This document shows positions 39,755-53,096 of a stretch of DNA of 64,000 nucleotides, piece by piece. The stretch is from Camelus dromedarius (Eukaryota): the NCBI RefSeq assembly GCF_036321535.1, contig NC_087437.1, positions 110,052,001 to 110,116,000 of the forward strand, given 5' to 3'. The first letter of the stretch is position 1. Every line of letters begins with the position of its first letter. A program made the translations under genes and the position numbers. A model generated the notes under the pieces. The model was not told where the DNA came from and ran no database searches. It saw nothing but the letters and a program-made list of their open reading frames with translations.

Positions 39755-42480
39755 AATCCTGGAGAAGGATAATGGTGATGCTTGCACAAAAATGTGATTT
39801 TACCTAATGTACTTAATGCACACTTAAAGTGATTAAAATGGTTAATTTAGGTAATACATCCTTTAGCACAACAACAAAAAAAAGGACTTTAAAGATAAAG
39901 AAAAAAACCTTCAGGGCATCCAGGAAAAGATCAAACAATTTACAGTGACAAAAGAATTAGACCCTTGTCAGATTTCTCCAAGGCAATAAACGAAGCAAAG
40001 CTATAATTTTGCAATATTTTCAAAAACCTCAAGGAAATAAAATGTGAACCAAGATTTTGTATTTAATTATCGTGCCCTTCAAATATCCCGGTTATAGGAA
40101 AACATTTTTTAAATTATGCAAGAAACTAGAGAATATTGGGGCCATAAACCCCTTTTGATCAATCAGCTGAGAATCCAGCAGAGAGAACTGGAGACAGTTT
40201 GGCAAAGCACTGATTTGAGAATTTAATATATTTAATTTTTTATATAAGGCTAAACCAAAGATGTGGTTGAAAGCAAATGAATATGTAAACATTCTATACC
40301 ATGAGGAAGTAAAACTAACTCAACTAAAACTAAAAGCAGAGGGAAAGGTAGAAAAGTTATTTGATAGTTGATTAAGTAAAAGGTAATAGTTAACATTCGT
40401 TATTCAAAACTGAAAAATTACATAGTAAAAGTTTTAAAAAAGGAAAATGAGGGTCTAAGGACATCTTTACAAAAAAATACATGATTAACCACTAGATAAC
40501 TACTAAAATCAGGATCAAAGCATTTCCAAATATCAAAAGAAGTTTATAAAATATTGAGTAAGTAAATTACAATATATAGAAAAAGAAGCAGGGCAAACAT
40601 ACAAATACAATAGAATCACAACATCAAATAATTTTTCAGAGCTGACACTAAACCTAGTAACAGCTTAATAAATGTAAACAAGCTTAACTACTTATAAAAT
40701 TGGGCTCACAAAGAATCAACTATTTTCAAGAGAAACATTTAAAGCTAAGTGACTAAGAAAGTCTAATAATAGAAATATATGCAGACTAGTACAATAATGA
40801 GATACCGCTATGCAACTACTGAAATGGATAAAATTCCAGAAAATAACAATACCAATTGCTGGCAGGAATGCAAAGCAGCAAGAACTCTCACTTATTGATG
40901 GTGAGAATACAAAATCGAACAGTTTACAAGACAGCTTGGCAGTTTTCTAAAAAGCTAAACATAATTGTATCATATGATCCAGATCCAGCAATTGTTCTCC
41001 CTGATATTTACCCAAATGATCTGAAAAATTTTCTCTAATAAAAAATCTGCATGTGAATATTTATGACAGTTTTATTCATAATTTCTAAAAACTGGAAGCA
41101 AAGTCCTTCAGTAAGTGAATGAGTAACTGCAGTACATCCATGCAATGTATCCAGCAGTAAAAAGAATTGAGTTATCAAGATGAAATGGCATAAAGAGACT
41201 TAAGTGCATATTACTAAGTAAATTTCTTACAGAGGAGAAACTTGACAAACTTCTCAGCTAGTTGATCAGGATCAACATCACCAGTGAAAACTCATGTTGA
41301 TAATATTCCTGATATGATGGGATAAAAATGGCACTTTACCCCTGTCATATTCCTCCCAAACACCATAATTACACTCTGATTATGAGAAAAGCACTCAATG
41401 AATCCTGGCTGAGGGACTTTCTATAAAATACCTAACCAGTTTAGCTGGAAACTTGCTAGGGTGCACTGAGCTAGGGAAAGTCTGAAAATGTATCTTTGTC
41501 AAGAGGACATTAAAAAACTCTGATGACTAAATGCAAGATGGTAACCTGGATGGTATCCTAGAATAGAAAAAGTATGCTAAATAAAAACTAAAGAAATCTG
41601 AATAAAGTATGAACTTTAGTTGGTAATAATGTATCAATATAGATTTATTATTAGTCATAACAAATGCACCATACTAATGTAAAATGTTAATAAAGGGGAA
41701 GTTGGGTTTGGGACGTAAGGGAACTCTCTGTGCTATCTTGCATATTGTTTTGTAAATCTAAAATTATTATACAGAATTATATTTTTAAAATGTATGGGCA
41801 AAGGTATATCAGGTAAAGGGGAAGAATGAGAAAGTAGTGGTTGTAACTGTGCTACTAAAATGGAATTTAGCCAGATGATACGCATCAAAGGAGGCCATCT
41901 TATAAAGTTAAAAGGCACATTAAAATAAAGAAATAATAGTTATGATTATATATGAAGAACCAACATGGCAACCACCTTTACACAGCAAAATTTAATGTAC
42001 TGGAGATGCAAGGAAACATAGATAAACATACAAATTCCAGAACAAGAGAGATAAAACAGAAAAATACAGCTAAGAGTATAGAGGATCAAAATAACGTAAG
42101 CAATATTAGCTGACTTTAAAAATCATATAATGTTACATTTTGATAATGGAAAATAAAATTATTCTCAAGCACCTGTAAAACATTACAAAAATGTACTATA
42201 TCACAAAGAAAAACATTGGAAAATTCCATGAAGATGTTACAAAAAAATCCTCTAATCATAATGTAATACAAATGGAAATTAATAAATATAAATAAATAAC
42301 CCAATGAGCTTTTCATCCAGAAATTAAAACAAACAAAAAATTATGACCTCTTGAGTGAAAGAAAAAACACAAAACAAATCACAGAAATTGTAAATTGTTG
42401 ATAACAATAATGAAAATGTTACATATAATATGGAGTATCACTATAAATACAGCAGAAGAAAATTCAGTTTTAAGCACATA
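39755..42480 (+). mobile_element. Cluster of old L1 fragments (L1MB/L1MC-like)
   Basis: A-rich + strand; ORF 40856 resembles the ORF2 C-terminus (WQFSKKLNI..YDP..AIVL.DIYP); L1MC-like 3' end aaatgcaccatactaatgtaaaatgttaataa; internal boundaries unresolved. Confidence 0.7.
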
Positions 42481-42502
42481 TATATATATATATATATATA
42501 TA

Positions 42503-42813
42503 TTGCTGAAGGGGCTACAGGGGCCAAAGCTACCGATAAAGCCTAACTACTAGAGAGAAGTATGTCTGCACTGATGAAACCAGGGGTTTTTCCTCCTCTC
42601 CCACCCCTCCCTGGGGTCTCATGATCATTAACCATCTACATTAGCAAAATGCATTCTTCCAGTTTTCATATCAGCTGATGGTGAAAGTTGACAAGGAACT
42701 TATCTGAATTGAGCATGTTCCTTGTGAGTAGGCTACAGCTCAGTCGTGCAGAAATGGGAGGGTATAGCTTAAGATGGAGCTGACAAAAATGAAGTCAGTG
42801 TGGTTCAGCCACA
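42503..42813 (-). mobile_element. LTR-like fragment
   Basis: Minus strand begins tgtggctgaaccacactgacttcatttttgtcagctccatctt, typical of ERV LTR starts; composition differs from the flanking L1. Confidence 0.45.
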
Positions 42814-42814
42814 C

Positions 42815-43280
42815 ACACTTGTCCTTCTCAAATTATTCCAAAAAATTGCAGAGAAAGAAATGCTTCTGAACTCAACCTACAAAGTCAGCATCACCCTAAT
42901 ATCAAAACAAAAAAAAAATCACAAAAAAAGAAAGTTACAAGTCAGTATCCTTGATGAACAAAGATTCAAAAATCCTCAAGAAATTTTAGTAAACCAAATT
43001 CAACAATACATTAAGAGTCACACACCACGATCAAGTGATATTTATCCCAGCAATGCAAGGATAGTTCAGTATCCACAAATCAGTCAATGTGATACAGCAC
43101 ATTAACAAACTGAAGAATAAAAATCACATGATCATTTCAGTAGATGCAGAAAAGGCATTTGACAAAATTCAGCATCCATTAAGATTAAAATTATCAACAA
43201 AGTGCATATGTAGAAGACATACCTCAACATAATAAAGGCCATACTATGAAAAGACCCAAGCTAACATTATATTCAGTGAT
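42815..43280 (+). mobile_element. L1 ORF2 fragment (reverse transcriptase region)
   Basis: LLKLFQKIAEKEMLLNSTYKVSITLISKQ; aaatcacatgatcatttcagtagatgcagaaaaggcatttgacaaaattca. Confidence 0.92.
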
Positions 43281-44224
43281 GAGCTGTTTAAATATTCTGG
43301 AAATTAAGCCCTTGTCAGTTCCTCATTTGCAAATATGTTCTCCCATTCTGTAAGTTATTGTTTTGTTTTGCTTATGGTTTTCTTTGCTATGCAAAAGCCT
43401 TTAAGTTTAATTAAGTCCCATTTATTTATTTTTGCTTTTATTTCTATTGCCTGGATAGACTGCCCTAAAACATTGCTAAGATTTATGTCAGAAAATGTTT
43501 TGCCTATGTTTTCTTCTAGGAGATTTATAGTGTCTTCTCTTATGTTTAAGTCTTTAAGCTGCTTTAAGTTTATTTTGTGAGAGAGTATTCTGACTTCATT
43601 GATTTACATGCAGCTGTCCAGTTTTCCCAACACCACTTGCTGAAGAGACTGTCTTTTCTCCACCATCTATTCTTGCCTCCTTTTTTGAAGATTAATTGAC
43701 CACAGTTCTTTGGGCTTATTTCTGGGGTCTCTATTCTGTTCCATTGATCCATATGTCTGTTTTTATGCCAATACCATGCCGGTTTGATTACTGTAGCTCT
43801 GTAGTATTGTTTGAAGTCTGGAAGGCTTAGTCATCTAGCTTCACTCTTTTCCTTCAATATTGCTTTGGCAAGTGTGGGTCTTTTGTGATTCCATATAAAT
43901 TTTAGGATTTTTTTGTTCCAGTTCTGTGAAAATTGTCCTGGGTAATTTGATAGGGATCACATTAAATCTGTAGATTGCTTTGAGTAGTATGGCCATTTTA
44001 ACAATATTAATCCTTCCAATGCAAGGGCATAGGATATCTTTCCATTTCTTTAAGCCATCTTTAATTTCTTTAATCAATGTTTGTAGTTCTCCGCATATGT
44101 CTTTCACCTCCTTGGTCAGACTTATTCCTAAGTATTTTATTTTTGGGGATATGATTTTAAAGGGATTGTTTCTTTACTTTCCTTTTCTGATATTTCATTA
44201 TCAGTGTAAAGAAATGCAACTGAT
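43281..44224 (-). mobile_element. L1 ORF2 fragment, opposite orientation
   Basis: ORFs 43570-43752 ([11 protein letters not shown]) and 43841-44107 ([19 protein letters not shown]) are L1 ORF2. Confidence 0.93.
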
Positions 44225-44364
44225 GAAATAAATTATATTGGTCAATTTTTTTAGCTATAAGAAGAAAATGTTTCCGTGGTTGATGATTATATTAATGCAT
44301 CACAGCAAATTTAATGTGATTTCAAAAATTGAAGATTAAAACACATTTACTATGTCAGAAAGAA

Positions 44365-44370
44365 TTTATT
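44365..44370 (-). terminator. Candidate poly(A) signal of the KRTAP at 44626-44787
   Basis: AATAAA on the minus strand about 255 nt after the stop codon. Confidence 0.55.
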
Positions 44371-44625
44371 ATTAGTCATCAGATGCTGAAAGACAAAGTG
44401 TGTGATTATATAGAAGGGAATGCCTGAGAACGCCACTAGTCAAACACCAACACCTAGTTCATCAAATTTTCTTCATATTAATGTCAGAAACCAACTGGTC
44501 CAAAGAACAGTTTAATTATAAAGACAAATTAAATGAAGCATGCAATTTATGGAATCAAGTTTGCTAAATGAATCAGAGTCTCATAGAAGATTAAACCCAC
44601 AAATTTCAGATTTTCAAGTAATTGT

Positions 44626-44787
44626 TCAGTAGAAGCCAGAGGACCAGTATCTTCCACAGTAACATGGCAAGCAGTAGTCATATCCATAGCCTCTGAAGCC
44701 ACAGCCATAGCCCAGTCTGCGGAAGATGCCACATCCCCAGCCATAGCCACAGCCTGGGCCTCGGTAGTAGCTGCCGTAGTAGCTCAT
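44626..44787 (-). CDS. KRTAP19-like HGT keratin-associated protein, 53 aa
   Basis: Manual translation: [59 protein letters not shown] start, TATAAA at 44862-44857. Absent from the ORF track because it is under 60 aa. Confidence 0.9.
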   Translation of the reverse strand: MSYYGSYYRGPGCGYGWGCGIFRRLGYGCGFRGYGYDYCLPCYCGRYWSSGFY

Positions 44788-45515
44788 GGTGTCTCGGGTG
44801 GTGAGTTATGGCTTGATGTTGTAGGTCAGCTTTGTGACTGGGACTGCACAAGAACGTTTATATATGCTGATGGGTGCAGAAAGCCACCCCTCTAAACGTC
44901 ACCCAGTAGAACACATTACTTGAAAGCTATGTCAACTATCTTGTTTCCTAACATCAAACCGTGCCTTCCACTTGTTTATGCAACTCCTTATGTAAAAGTT
45001 ATAGGACATGTTTTATTTCCTGCTTTATTTGAATTCCCAGAAATTATTTCACTGCTAATAAGACACTATTGTGTAGATACTCCCTATATTTGTTTGGGTT
45101 TCTGAGTTTCCAACACCACAAACAAATATCTGTAGCTTCAGGTGTTCTTCAAACTGCATCATGTGAGATTATATTTACCCTCTAATTGTACCCTTTCCTT
45201 TGCTATCCCATGACTGTTGACTCTTTTCTAAGCCATAGATGTTATCTTTCTCCTCCCAAGAATTCAGATAAATTGAATCATCATTTTTCCCTGAAATACT
45301 AGCCCTATGAAAAATGGCAATCAACAATGACATGTGTCTTAATACAATGTGCTTTTAAAGTCAGCTGAGAGCCACATTTGGTAGTGTAGTTATGCTATTT
45401 AATTTTTAAAAGAGCCACAAACTGAAGTCAAAGGAACTTCTCAAGCATGACGTCTCATGTAGGGTAAGCCTGCTTGGGAGATATCATTGAAAATTGTGTA
45501 AAAAGAGTTCCTCCT

Positions 45516-45555
45516 GAATATAGGTGTGGGTAGCTTCCTACCCACACCTATATTC
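45516..45555. repeat. Perfect 18-bp inverted repeat with 4-nt spacer
   Basis: GAATATAGGTGTGGGTAG-cttc-CTACCCACACCTATATTC. Confidence 0.95.
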
Positions 45556-47819
45556 TTATTGCAGGTACTAAATTCCATATTCATAGGACTATAGAGTTTC
45601 AAAATTCAAAGAGACTTGAGGAACTATTTATTTCAATGTCTTTCATTTTTTTTTTAACCAGTGAAAAAACTACAACTCAGACAAACAAAATTATGCAAAA
45701 ATGATCTTTAGTGACAGATGAGGGCTAAAACCTAAGTGCTCCAATTCGGCCCTAGTATATTAGGTAAATTTGAAATTTTTGTTGTGATTGCAGGTTAGGG
45801 AATTTATTTTCCCACAGTGTTCAACTGCCTTATATTTTTGTTTATTTCATCGTTGTTCCCACTATTGTTAGAAGGAAATGCAAGTGACATGAAACCAGTC
45901 AGTATGTGTATTCAGCTACATCTGTTTCAAAAAAAAAAAAAAGCTTAACATAATTGAGTATCAGAAAAAGTATGGGTGATTTTTGCACTTCATGGACACT
46001 TACGGTGATTGCTTCCGCTATCAGTGAATTAAGAGTATCATGTGCTTAGGTGCTTATTTATTTCCATATCGATGGAGCTTTGCAATCCACACATGGAAGG
46101 GAATAATTTATAGTAAAAAATTACTTATTTGAATTTGCTTCAGTTGAAAGAATTTTGGTTCCATAAAAATTTAAGGTAAATTTTTAAAAAGACTATTATC
46201 TTTTGTTCTTGTCATAACCCAGATATAGCCAGTTATTTTGCCGTATAGAGGTCATCAATGACAGAGAATCCCATAAGATCTAACCTGGAAATCACCCTAT
46301 GTTCTGATTTATTTGACCCCTGAAAGAGAAGCTGACCTTCAGCCCTATGTTTTGCCTGGACATGAAATGCCAAGTTATCTGCCTACTCGTCTCATTCTCA
46401 GCCCTTACTGCCTCCCACCCAGCACAGAAATGACCAGACTCTCCCCCATCACCCTGCAACTCACACGAGCTCCTGTAGAAAGGCACTCTTTCCAGTCTTT
46501 TATTTTTCTGAAATACTACCACACTTACATCCTAAGATTTTGGGAAATATAACTATGAAGGGTTCCTTTTACTTCTTTATAACTATTCGTTATTTTCCCT
46601 TTACTCTGCTATATATTTTAAAATATATTCACATAAAAGTCAGTCTTACTCTGTCGTTTTGAAACCACAGTGGAAAAAAAATCAATCAAACTGCAAGGGG
46701 TGAGGGGAAAATCCAATTCCCTCAAAATGTCTAATTCAATAGACACTGGACATTCGCCAATTTGTCAAGGTAATAATATACAAGCTTTACATCCCCCATT
46801 GTTGTACCTTCAATAACTGAAAAAGGAGAGCAAGAACTTGCAAACAGTTTAAACATTGCCATAGAGCATTTACTTTGGTGATCCAGGAAAAGGAAATTTT
46901 TGGTAGGTTCTTGACAGAGAGTACACATGTAAATGACACATTGATTGGAAAGTAATTAGATAGGATACTTGTAGACTTCATATGTAATCTATATTTTTAG
47001 AGTAAACTATGCTCATAGATAATATTGAATAAGCAGTTAATAATCACAATGTCATGAAATGCAGTACAAATTCAACTTTCCAAATGTCACCTCTTTGGTT
47101 ACTTTTCTTCCCTTTACACAATCGGCAGTATTTTTAGAGACTTCTGTATCTATGACTAGATGTAATATTGCAGGGAGTTGTATGTCTTAGCACTGGCTGA
47201 AAAAATTGTTTCCCACGCACATACACACCTTATAATTAAAAGAAAAAGTTGTATTAAGAACATAAGTAACGAAATATATTAGCAAATTATTTATTTTGGA
47301 TCTACTCTGCAGAGCTGAGAAATACTCATCTCATAAAACTCTGAGGATTAAACACAACACAAATGTGTTGCCTCCAATCCCAACCGAATACTCAACACTA
47401 CCCCTAAACCTACTTACGTCCCCGTGGGTTCCTTCCCCCATGACCATAGTCTTGCCAAACATCTGTCTTTCTTTTAAATCACCTTCTCATTCTCTTTTTC
47501 TCTCACTCTGGCCCAAACTCACTTGATTTCACAGAGCAAACGATCACCATCAGGCAGTTACGCTGGCAACTCCCTAGCTGCTTTCTCTTGGCACATTTAC
47601 TCGCTTTAAAACTTATTTCAAATTCAATATGCGACAAATGTTAAAAAACAAAAAAAAAGTCACCTTCCCGTTCACTCAACATGTGCACATTTTTTTTTCT
47701 TCCTTACTGTTTTCATTTTGGCAAAGAGCTTCAAAAATCGCCAACTATCCAAGCCAAAAACCTGGATTCATACCTGAGTCAAGCTTTTTTTTTGCTGCCT
47801 CCAAGTTCAAATTAATTTT

Positions 47820-48100
47820 CATTCCTTCATTCAACAAATAATAGAGAACATTTACCTACACATCTTGGAAACAAAGTAGTGAAATGAAAAACAAATCCCA
47901 CATCCCCACAGGGCTAGCACTTCAGTAGGGGGAGAGAGACCATACACAAATACAGACTTAATTTTCTCATTCAACAAACATTTACTGAGCGGCTACTTTG
48001 TGTTCAACGTTTTTGCAGGGAAGGATATTTCATGGTGGTAAACAAAGCAGACAAAAACCCTGTCTTCCTGAAGGTTGCATTCTAATAGGAGAGAAAGGCA
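47820..48100 (-). mobile_element. L2 3' end fragments
   Basis: Two cattcaacaaa starts; cattcaacaaacatttactgagc...aacaaagcagacaaaaaccctgtc; L2-like sequence appears to resume near 48680-49115. Confidence 0.7.
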
Positions 48101-49119
48101 AATGGTTATGAGACATTTTGCAGATTCGTGGACCGCAATACCATAGAAATGAATATCGCTTCCACAATACTCTTCAACTTTGTATTAAAAGAGACAGCTT
48201 GTGCACAAGGAAGAAGGCAGGGGGAAAAAAAAAAGCCAGATCCTCCAGTAGAAAGGGTGAGTTGCTTTTATAACAAAAGGGAGGATTTGTCTCATGATCA
48301 CTGATAATTTCCAGAAATTGTCAAACGTTTTTGATCAGCAGCAGGTGGCTCCACGGTGGCTGTCAGGAAGAGGGAGTGCTTCTGTGAGAGGAAAGAAATG
48401 CATGAGAATTTTCTGCAAGAAAGCACAGGAACAGACAAGCTTAAAATGTAGAGCTGAGCTTCTTGTCTTGTGGCAAATGGGTATTATCATTGTGACAGAG
48501 ATGAAGCTAATCTTTTATTCCTGCAAGCTTGTTTTTCTGTCCCTGGGACTCAGGCCCCCAGGGCATTTGTTCTTTATCCTGCTAGTCCTGTTCAGCCCAA
48601 GGCCATTCCCTGGTCCTTTTCCAAAATGGCTGCACTCTTGTCTTCCTGTCTTAAAATGACCAATCCATTCATCAGTCAATCAAAAGAATATGTTACATAG
48701 CATTGTGGTAACTGCTATGGACAAAATATAAAGCAGAGATGGGAGATATGCTATGACCAATGGGGGTACTGAAATTGTAGATAGATTGGTAGGGAAGGCC
48801 CATCCTAAATAAGTGACTTTGAAGTGAAGACTGGGCAGATGAGACCTAGGGAAGGAACATGGTAGGCACATGCAACTGAAGTACAAATGACCTGAAATGG
48901 GAGCACAGTCTGCTCCTTTGAGGGCCAATGTGCCTGATGTGGAATGAACTAGGGAAAGGCGTAAGGTCCTTTAGATCTGCACTTAACAGTTACACTCTTA
49001 ACACCACTGTTTAAGAAATAAATTCACACCAACACCTAAGGAGGTCATAGTATGGGCTTTGTGTTTACTCTGAATCAGACAAGAGGTGGTTGTACAGGGA
49101 AATATGAGAACATGTCTCC

Positions 49120-49767
49120 TGGTGAGGCAGCGTGTTAAGGTGGCCCCCCAAAACCACCCCCTTCCTGTCATACACCGTCTGTGTTGCTCCAGCATTGTGA
49201 ATATCATGGGTTTTACTCTTGTGATTAGGTTATTTCACATGATACAATTAAGAAAGGAAGATCATCTAGGTGGGCCTAAACTAATCATAAGAGCCTGAAA
49301 AGAGTAGAGTTTGTCCTGGCTGATAGCAGAGAGAGAAGCCATAGTCACAGAGCGCGAGGAAGCTTTGACCTGTCTGCTGACTTGAAGGCGGAGGGGACAA
49401 GTGGCAAGGCATGTAAGTGGCCTCTAGTTATTGAAGGGAGCCTCCAGCTGATAGTCGTATAGAAATAGGAACTCGATCCTACAAGCATAGGAACTGGATT
49501 CTGTCGACATCAGGATGAGCTTGGGAGCAGACTCTTCCCCAGAGTCTCCAGACAAGGACTCAGCCCAGCTGGTGCCCTCATGTCAGCTTTAGGACATGTC
49601 AGCTTTAGGACTCAGCCCAGCTGGTGCCCTCATGTCAGCTTTAGGACACCCAGAACCCAGGGACACCTTGCCTGGCTTCTGACCTACAGAAGTGGGAGCT
49701 AAGAGATGGGTGCTATTTTAACTTAATAAATTTACAGTGATTTGTTAAGCAGCGATAAAAACTAGCA
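49120..49767 (+). mobile_element. MaLR MLT1 (E/F-like) LTR
   Basis: aaggtggccccc start, ggaactggattctgtcgacatcaggatgagcttgggagcagactcttccccagag, ends atttgttaagcagcgataaaaacta. Confidence 0.8.
49555..49648. repeat. Perfect nested tandem duplication
   Basis: 42-bp copies at 49555-49596 and 49607-49648; catgtcagctttagga occurs three times. Confidence 0.9.
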
Positions 49768-52700
49768 AGTCCCTTAACTTTTCTATTCCAAATGCTCTTG
49801 GCACTCAAATTCCTAGAATTAAACCATTAGCAGTCATCCTAAGCTCCATCTTATCAATTGTGTCGCACACTTACAATTCAGAAGGGGAATCAGGAAAAAC
49901 TGAGAAAATAATATCAACTAAATTTGGAATATTATGTATATTTTAAATCTCGAAAGTAAATATATTCGAGGGTAAGCTTCTAAGGACCTGCCTTATGACT
50001 TTTTAGCATGGATACAAAATAAATGCTATTTTAATGTCCCATTCCACCTGGCAAACTTCAAAAGAGCACACTGTCCTTTATCCAAAAACAGTTTTCTTCT
50101 CTGTACAGATCAGGAAATCAACGTTCAGCAATTTAGCTTCTAGTTCTGGTTATGTCACTTAAAGCGACATTGGACATTATGTTGAAATTTATTGTGAAAA
50201 CTAGGATAAAAATGTGTAATTCGAACAGCTGTTGAAAATATTAAGGAAGAAAGCATATAGGAAAGTGCTTTGAAAAAATTCAGTATTTTTTAACAAATAA
50301 AAATATCCTCAAAAAATGTTTCACTTAAGGAGAATCCACTAATAGCCTAAAGCAATGTATTTCTGATTAAAATCTATGACCATCAAAATAGTATCTTTCT
50401 GATACAGTTGGTTCTAGAACTTTAATCTACTTCATATTTATAATGGTTACAAAACAGGGCACTGGTTCCTCTAAGTTCTCTCTCCTCAATTTCACCACAT
50501 TTATTTTTGATGACGGCTATCATCTCTGAAGTTGGAAGAGCCTCCCAGGTGCTCTAACGCCACCTTCCAATTCCTAGTTTCTAAATGAATCTCTACTGAA
50601 AATGTTGAATAAGTACTTGCCTGCTAGAGAAACCTGCATCCAGTTATTGGTTATGAGGAAAAATGCTGGCTAGAGCACTCAGACTGACACAAACACTACA
50701 CCCCAACACAGCCTAAATCCTCCCTTCTTGCATGTTTCTGCAATGCTAAGCTCAGGCAGTAACTTTTGGGGGAACGCTCACTGACCACACAGTGCTTGAT
50801 TAGATGTCCCTCCTATGGGGTCCAATTGCACCCAATACATAAATCTTTTCTAAAATTAACACGGAGAATTGTAATTATATGTGTATTATCTGAATTTCCA
50901 TCTGTAAGTTCATCAGGAGTCCAGAAAACTTTTTTGTCTTTTTGCCTCTACGGCACAATGTGATGATAATTACTCTTGGGCGCATCGTTGAATAAATGCA
51001 TGATTAAATCTGTCATGGGAGGTATTGACATGGCGTCGCCAAGTACACTAAAACTGAATAAGCTGAGGCTTTTGTTGACATAATCTACACAGCCTTTTTT
51101 CTTAGATGCCTAAGACTAGTTCGTCTAATATTGTGAAATGTGCTGATGTATAGTCACTTTCTAAAGTTCGTGGAAACCTTGGTATTGGTCCCTCGGACTT
51201 GTACTGCATCTCATGGTCAAATATTTGTTACCAACACCTGTTCCTATTATTTTGAGTCAGCAGGTGACAGCATGATGCATTGTCATTATTTTCCCGTAAG
51301 CTGAGATACTGCTTTATCGGTTTGTCATGATTATACTACGTTCTTGAAAGAAATAAAATGTGGCATCTTTTGGAGGGGGGGTTCCCTTCTTTGTTCTTCG
51401 TGTACTTCTGTCTTTGATTGGCTTGGTTTACAGAATCCAAAGCTAAGGATGCCACGGTCGTAAATTAATATGTAAGTAGGTCAGTGGTTGACCTATTTTG
51501 TGGTTATAGCTTGAATACAGCTGTCTTTCAAAAGCTGTCATTCATTCAAAGTCATTTTAAAAGAACTTTTTCCCTGAAAACTGAAAAAAAAAAAAGTTCT
51601 TCAGAGAGACAATAAACTTCCATACAATCTCCATTTTTGCAGGGTTTTATCATTGGTGAAGCTTGTGAAATAAAAGGTGAAGACCCCATCTGGAGATACA
51701 AGCAATAGGTAAGGAGAACAACCAAGGCCAATGCGGACACTTCTGGAAGCCTAGAAACAGAAATGATGCTTAAATAACACACACCACAGACTGGAACTTT
51801 TGGCCCTTTAAATAGAACCACAAACTGTTACCTAAGTATAATTAGACTGATTATCAAGGGACTAAACCTAATCAAGGTAGGACATTTTGAGGGGCAAACA
51901 TCTACAGTATGACAAACGTCTCTTTGGGCACCCCATATAAGGACTTACTGAGCCATATATCCAAACACAACTTAGAGCCCTGGGCATCTGGAAACAAGGA
52001 TGGCAATTTTGCTAACCAATTGCTGTGTGATTCTGAAGGCTGAGCTCCTTTACTTGTCATTTAAGATGAGCCAAAAAAGCAGCCACAGTAGAAGAAATCC
52101 ATTAAGAACACAGCTTCCAACAACACAACAGAGTTGTGTTTTGCCTGGAAACAGCACAAGCCAGCAGGACATCTAGCACAACACTGGCAAATGATGCAAT
52201 CGTGCTACATAATGATCCCACTGTGAAGATACGGGGCTGATTAAGAGCGACCGCAGCTGTACTGATACACTTTTAACCAAGTGTGGAGAGAACTGCTGGA
52301 CAGTCTACCCTCACAGTTACACAGAATTACAGGTACAACGTTTTCAGGAGCTTTCAAGAAGCAAGCACACAGCTGCCGACAGACGCAGGCATGAACTCAG
52401 GCCCCATGCCTGCATGTACAGACAGCCTATTTATGAAGGACAGACAACTAGGACACATTTAAAATGCCAGACAAAGAAAGTTTAATGTAAAGTAAATTTT
52501 CACAGATTTCACATGAACAATTTGGAATGAGATTTCTGCCAAAATATATATCCAAAAGGAAAATTGTAACCCAGACTGTAATTCCCCCCACCCCTCAAAT
52601 TAGAATTGCAAGTTCAGATAATTGTTATCAGATCAGTCCCAGTATGCTGAAATCGGAAGTTCTATCGCAGTAACCTAGGATTGGCTCATCATTTTCTTTA

Positions 52701-52790
52701 GAGGCACCGATGGAATGAAGTGGCCAGACTGTAGAATCAACAAGAAGGAAGTTCTCAGTCATGTGGACGGAAGGCTAAGTGCCGGGTTTC

Positions 52791-52982
52791 TCAGTAGAAG
52801 CCAGAGGACAAGTATCTTCCATAGTAACACGGGCGGTAGCAGCCGTATCTGTAGCCACCATAGCCAGCGCCATAGCCATAGCCCAGACCTCGGAGGCAAC
52901 CATAGCCACAGCCATAGCCACAGCCCAGACCACCAAGGCCGTAGCCCAGACCACCGTAGTAGCTGCCGTAGTAATAGCTCAT
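52791..52982 (-). CDS. HGT keratin-associated protein, 63 aa (KRTAP19/20-like)
   Basis: [63 protein letters not shown]; 22 Gly + 18 Tyr, 5 Cys; TATA at 53066-53060; candidate ATTAAA at 52486-52481. Confidence 0.95.
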   Translation of the reverse strand: MSYYYGSYYGGLGYGLGGLGCGYGCGYGCLRGLGYGYGAGYGGYRYGCYRPCYYGRYLSSGFY

Positions 52983-53059
52983 TGTGTCAAGAGTTGAAGA
53001 TTTAGGTGAGAGCAGAGCTTCTGTTTGCAGAATATGAACTTCTCTGCTTCCACGGGGGC

Positions 53060-53096
53060 TTTTATACACCCTCTGCAGAAGGTGTGACAAACCACA
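53060..53096 (-). promoter_or_regulatory. TATA box plus TGTGAC-AA-ACCACA element
   Basis: ttttata at 53060-53066; ggtgtgacaaaccaca at 53081-53096. Confidence 0.7.

Noticed and set aside
42815..44224. Opposed L1 ORF2 segments suggesting a twin-priming inversion
   Set aside because: The segments meet at their 3' ends and have no poly(A) or evident TSD. Twin priming joins 5' ends, so these are more likely independent or rearranged fragments.
48110..48670. Possible LTR inserted in L2, with ORFs 48294-48659 and 48470-48700
   Set aside because: I could not define termini or a TSD, and the ORFs resemble no protein I recognise; left uncalled
49555..49648. CRISPR-like direct repeats
   Set aside because: Mammalian DNA, no unique spacers; a simple duplication within MLT1
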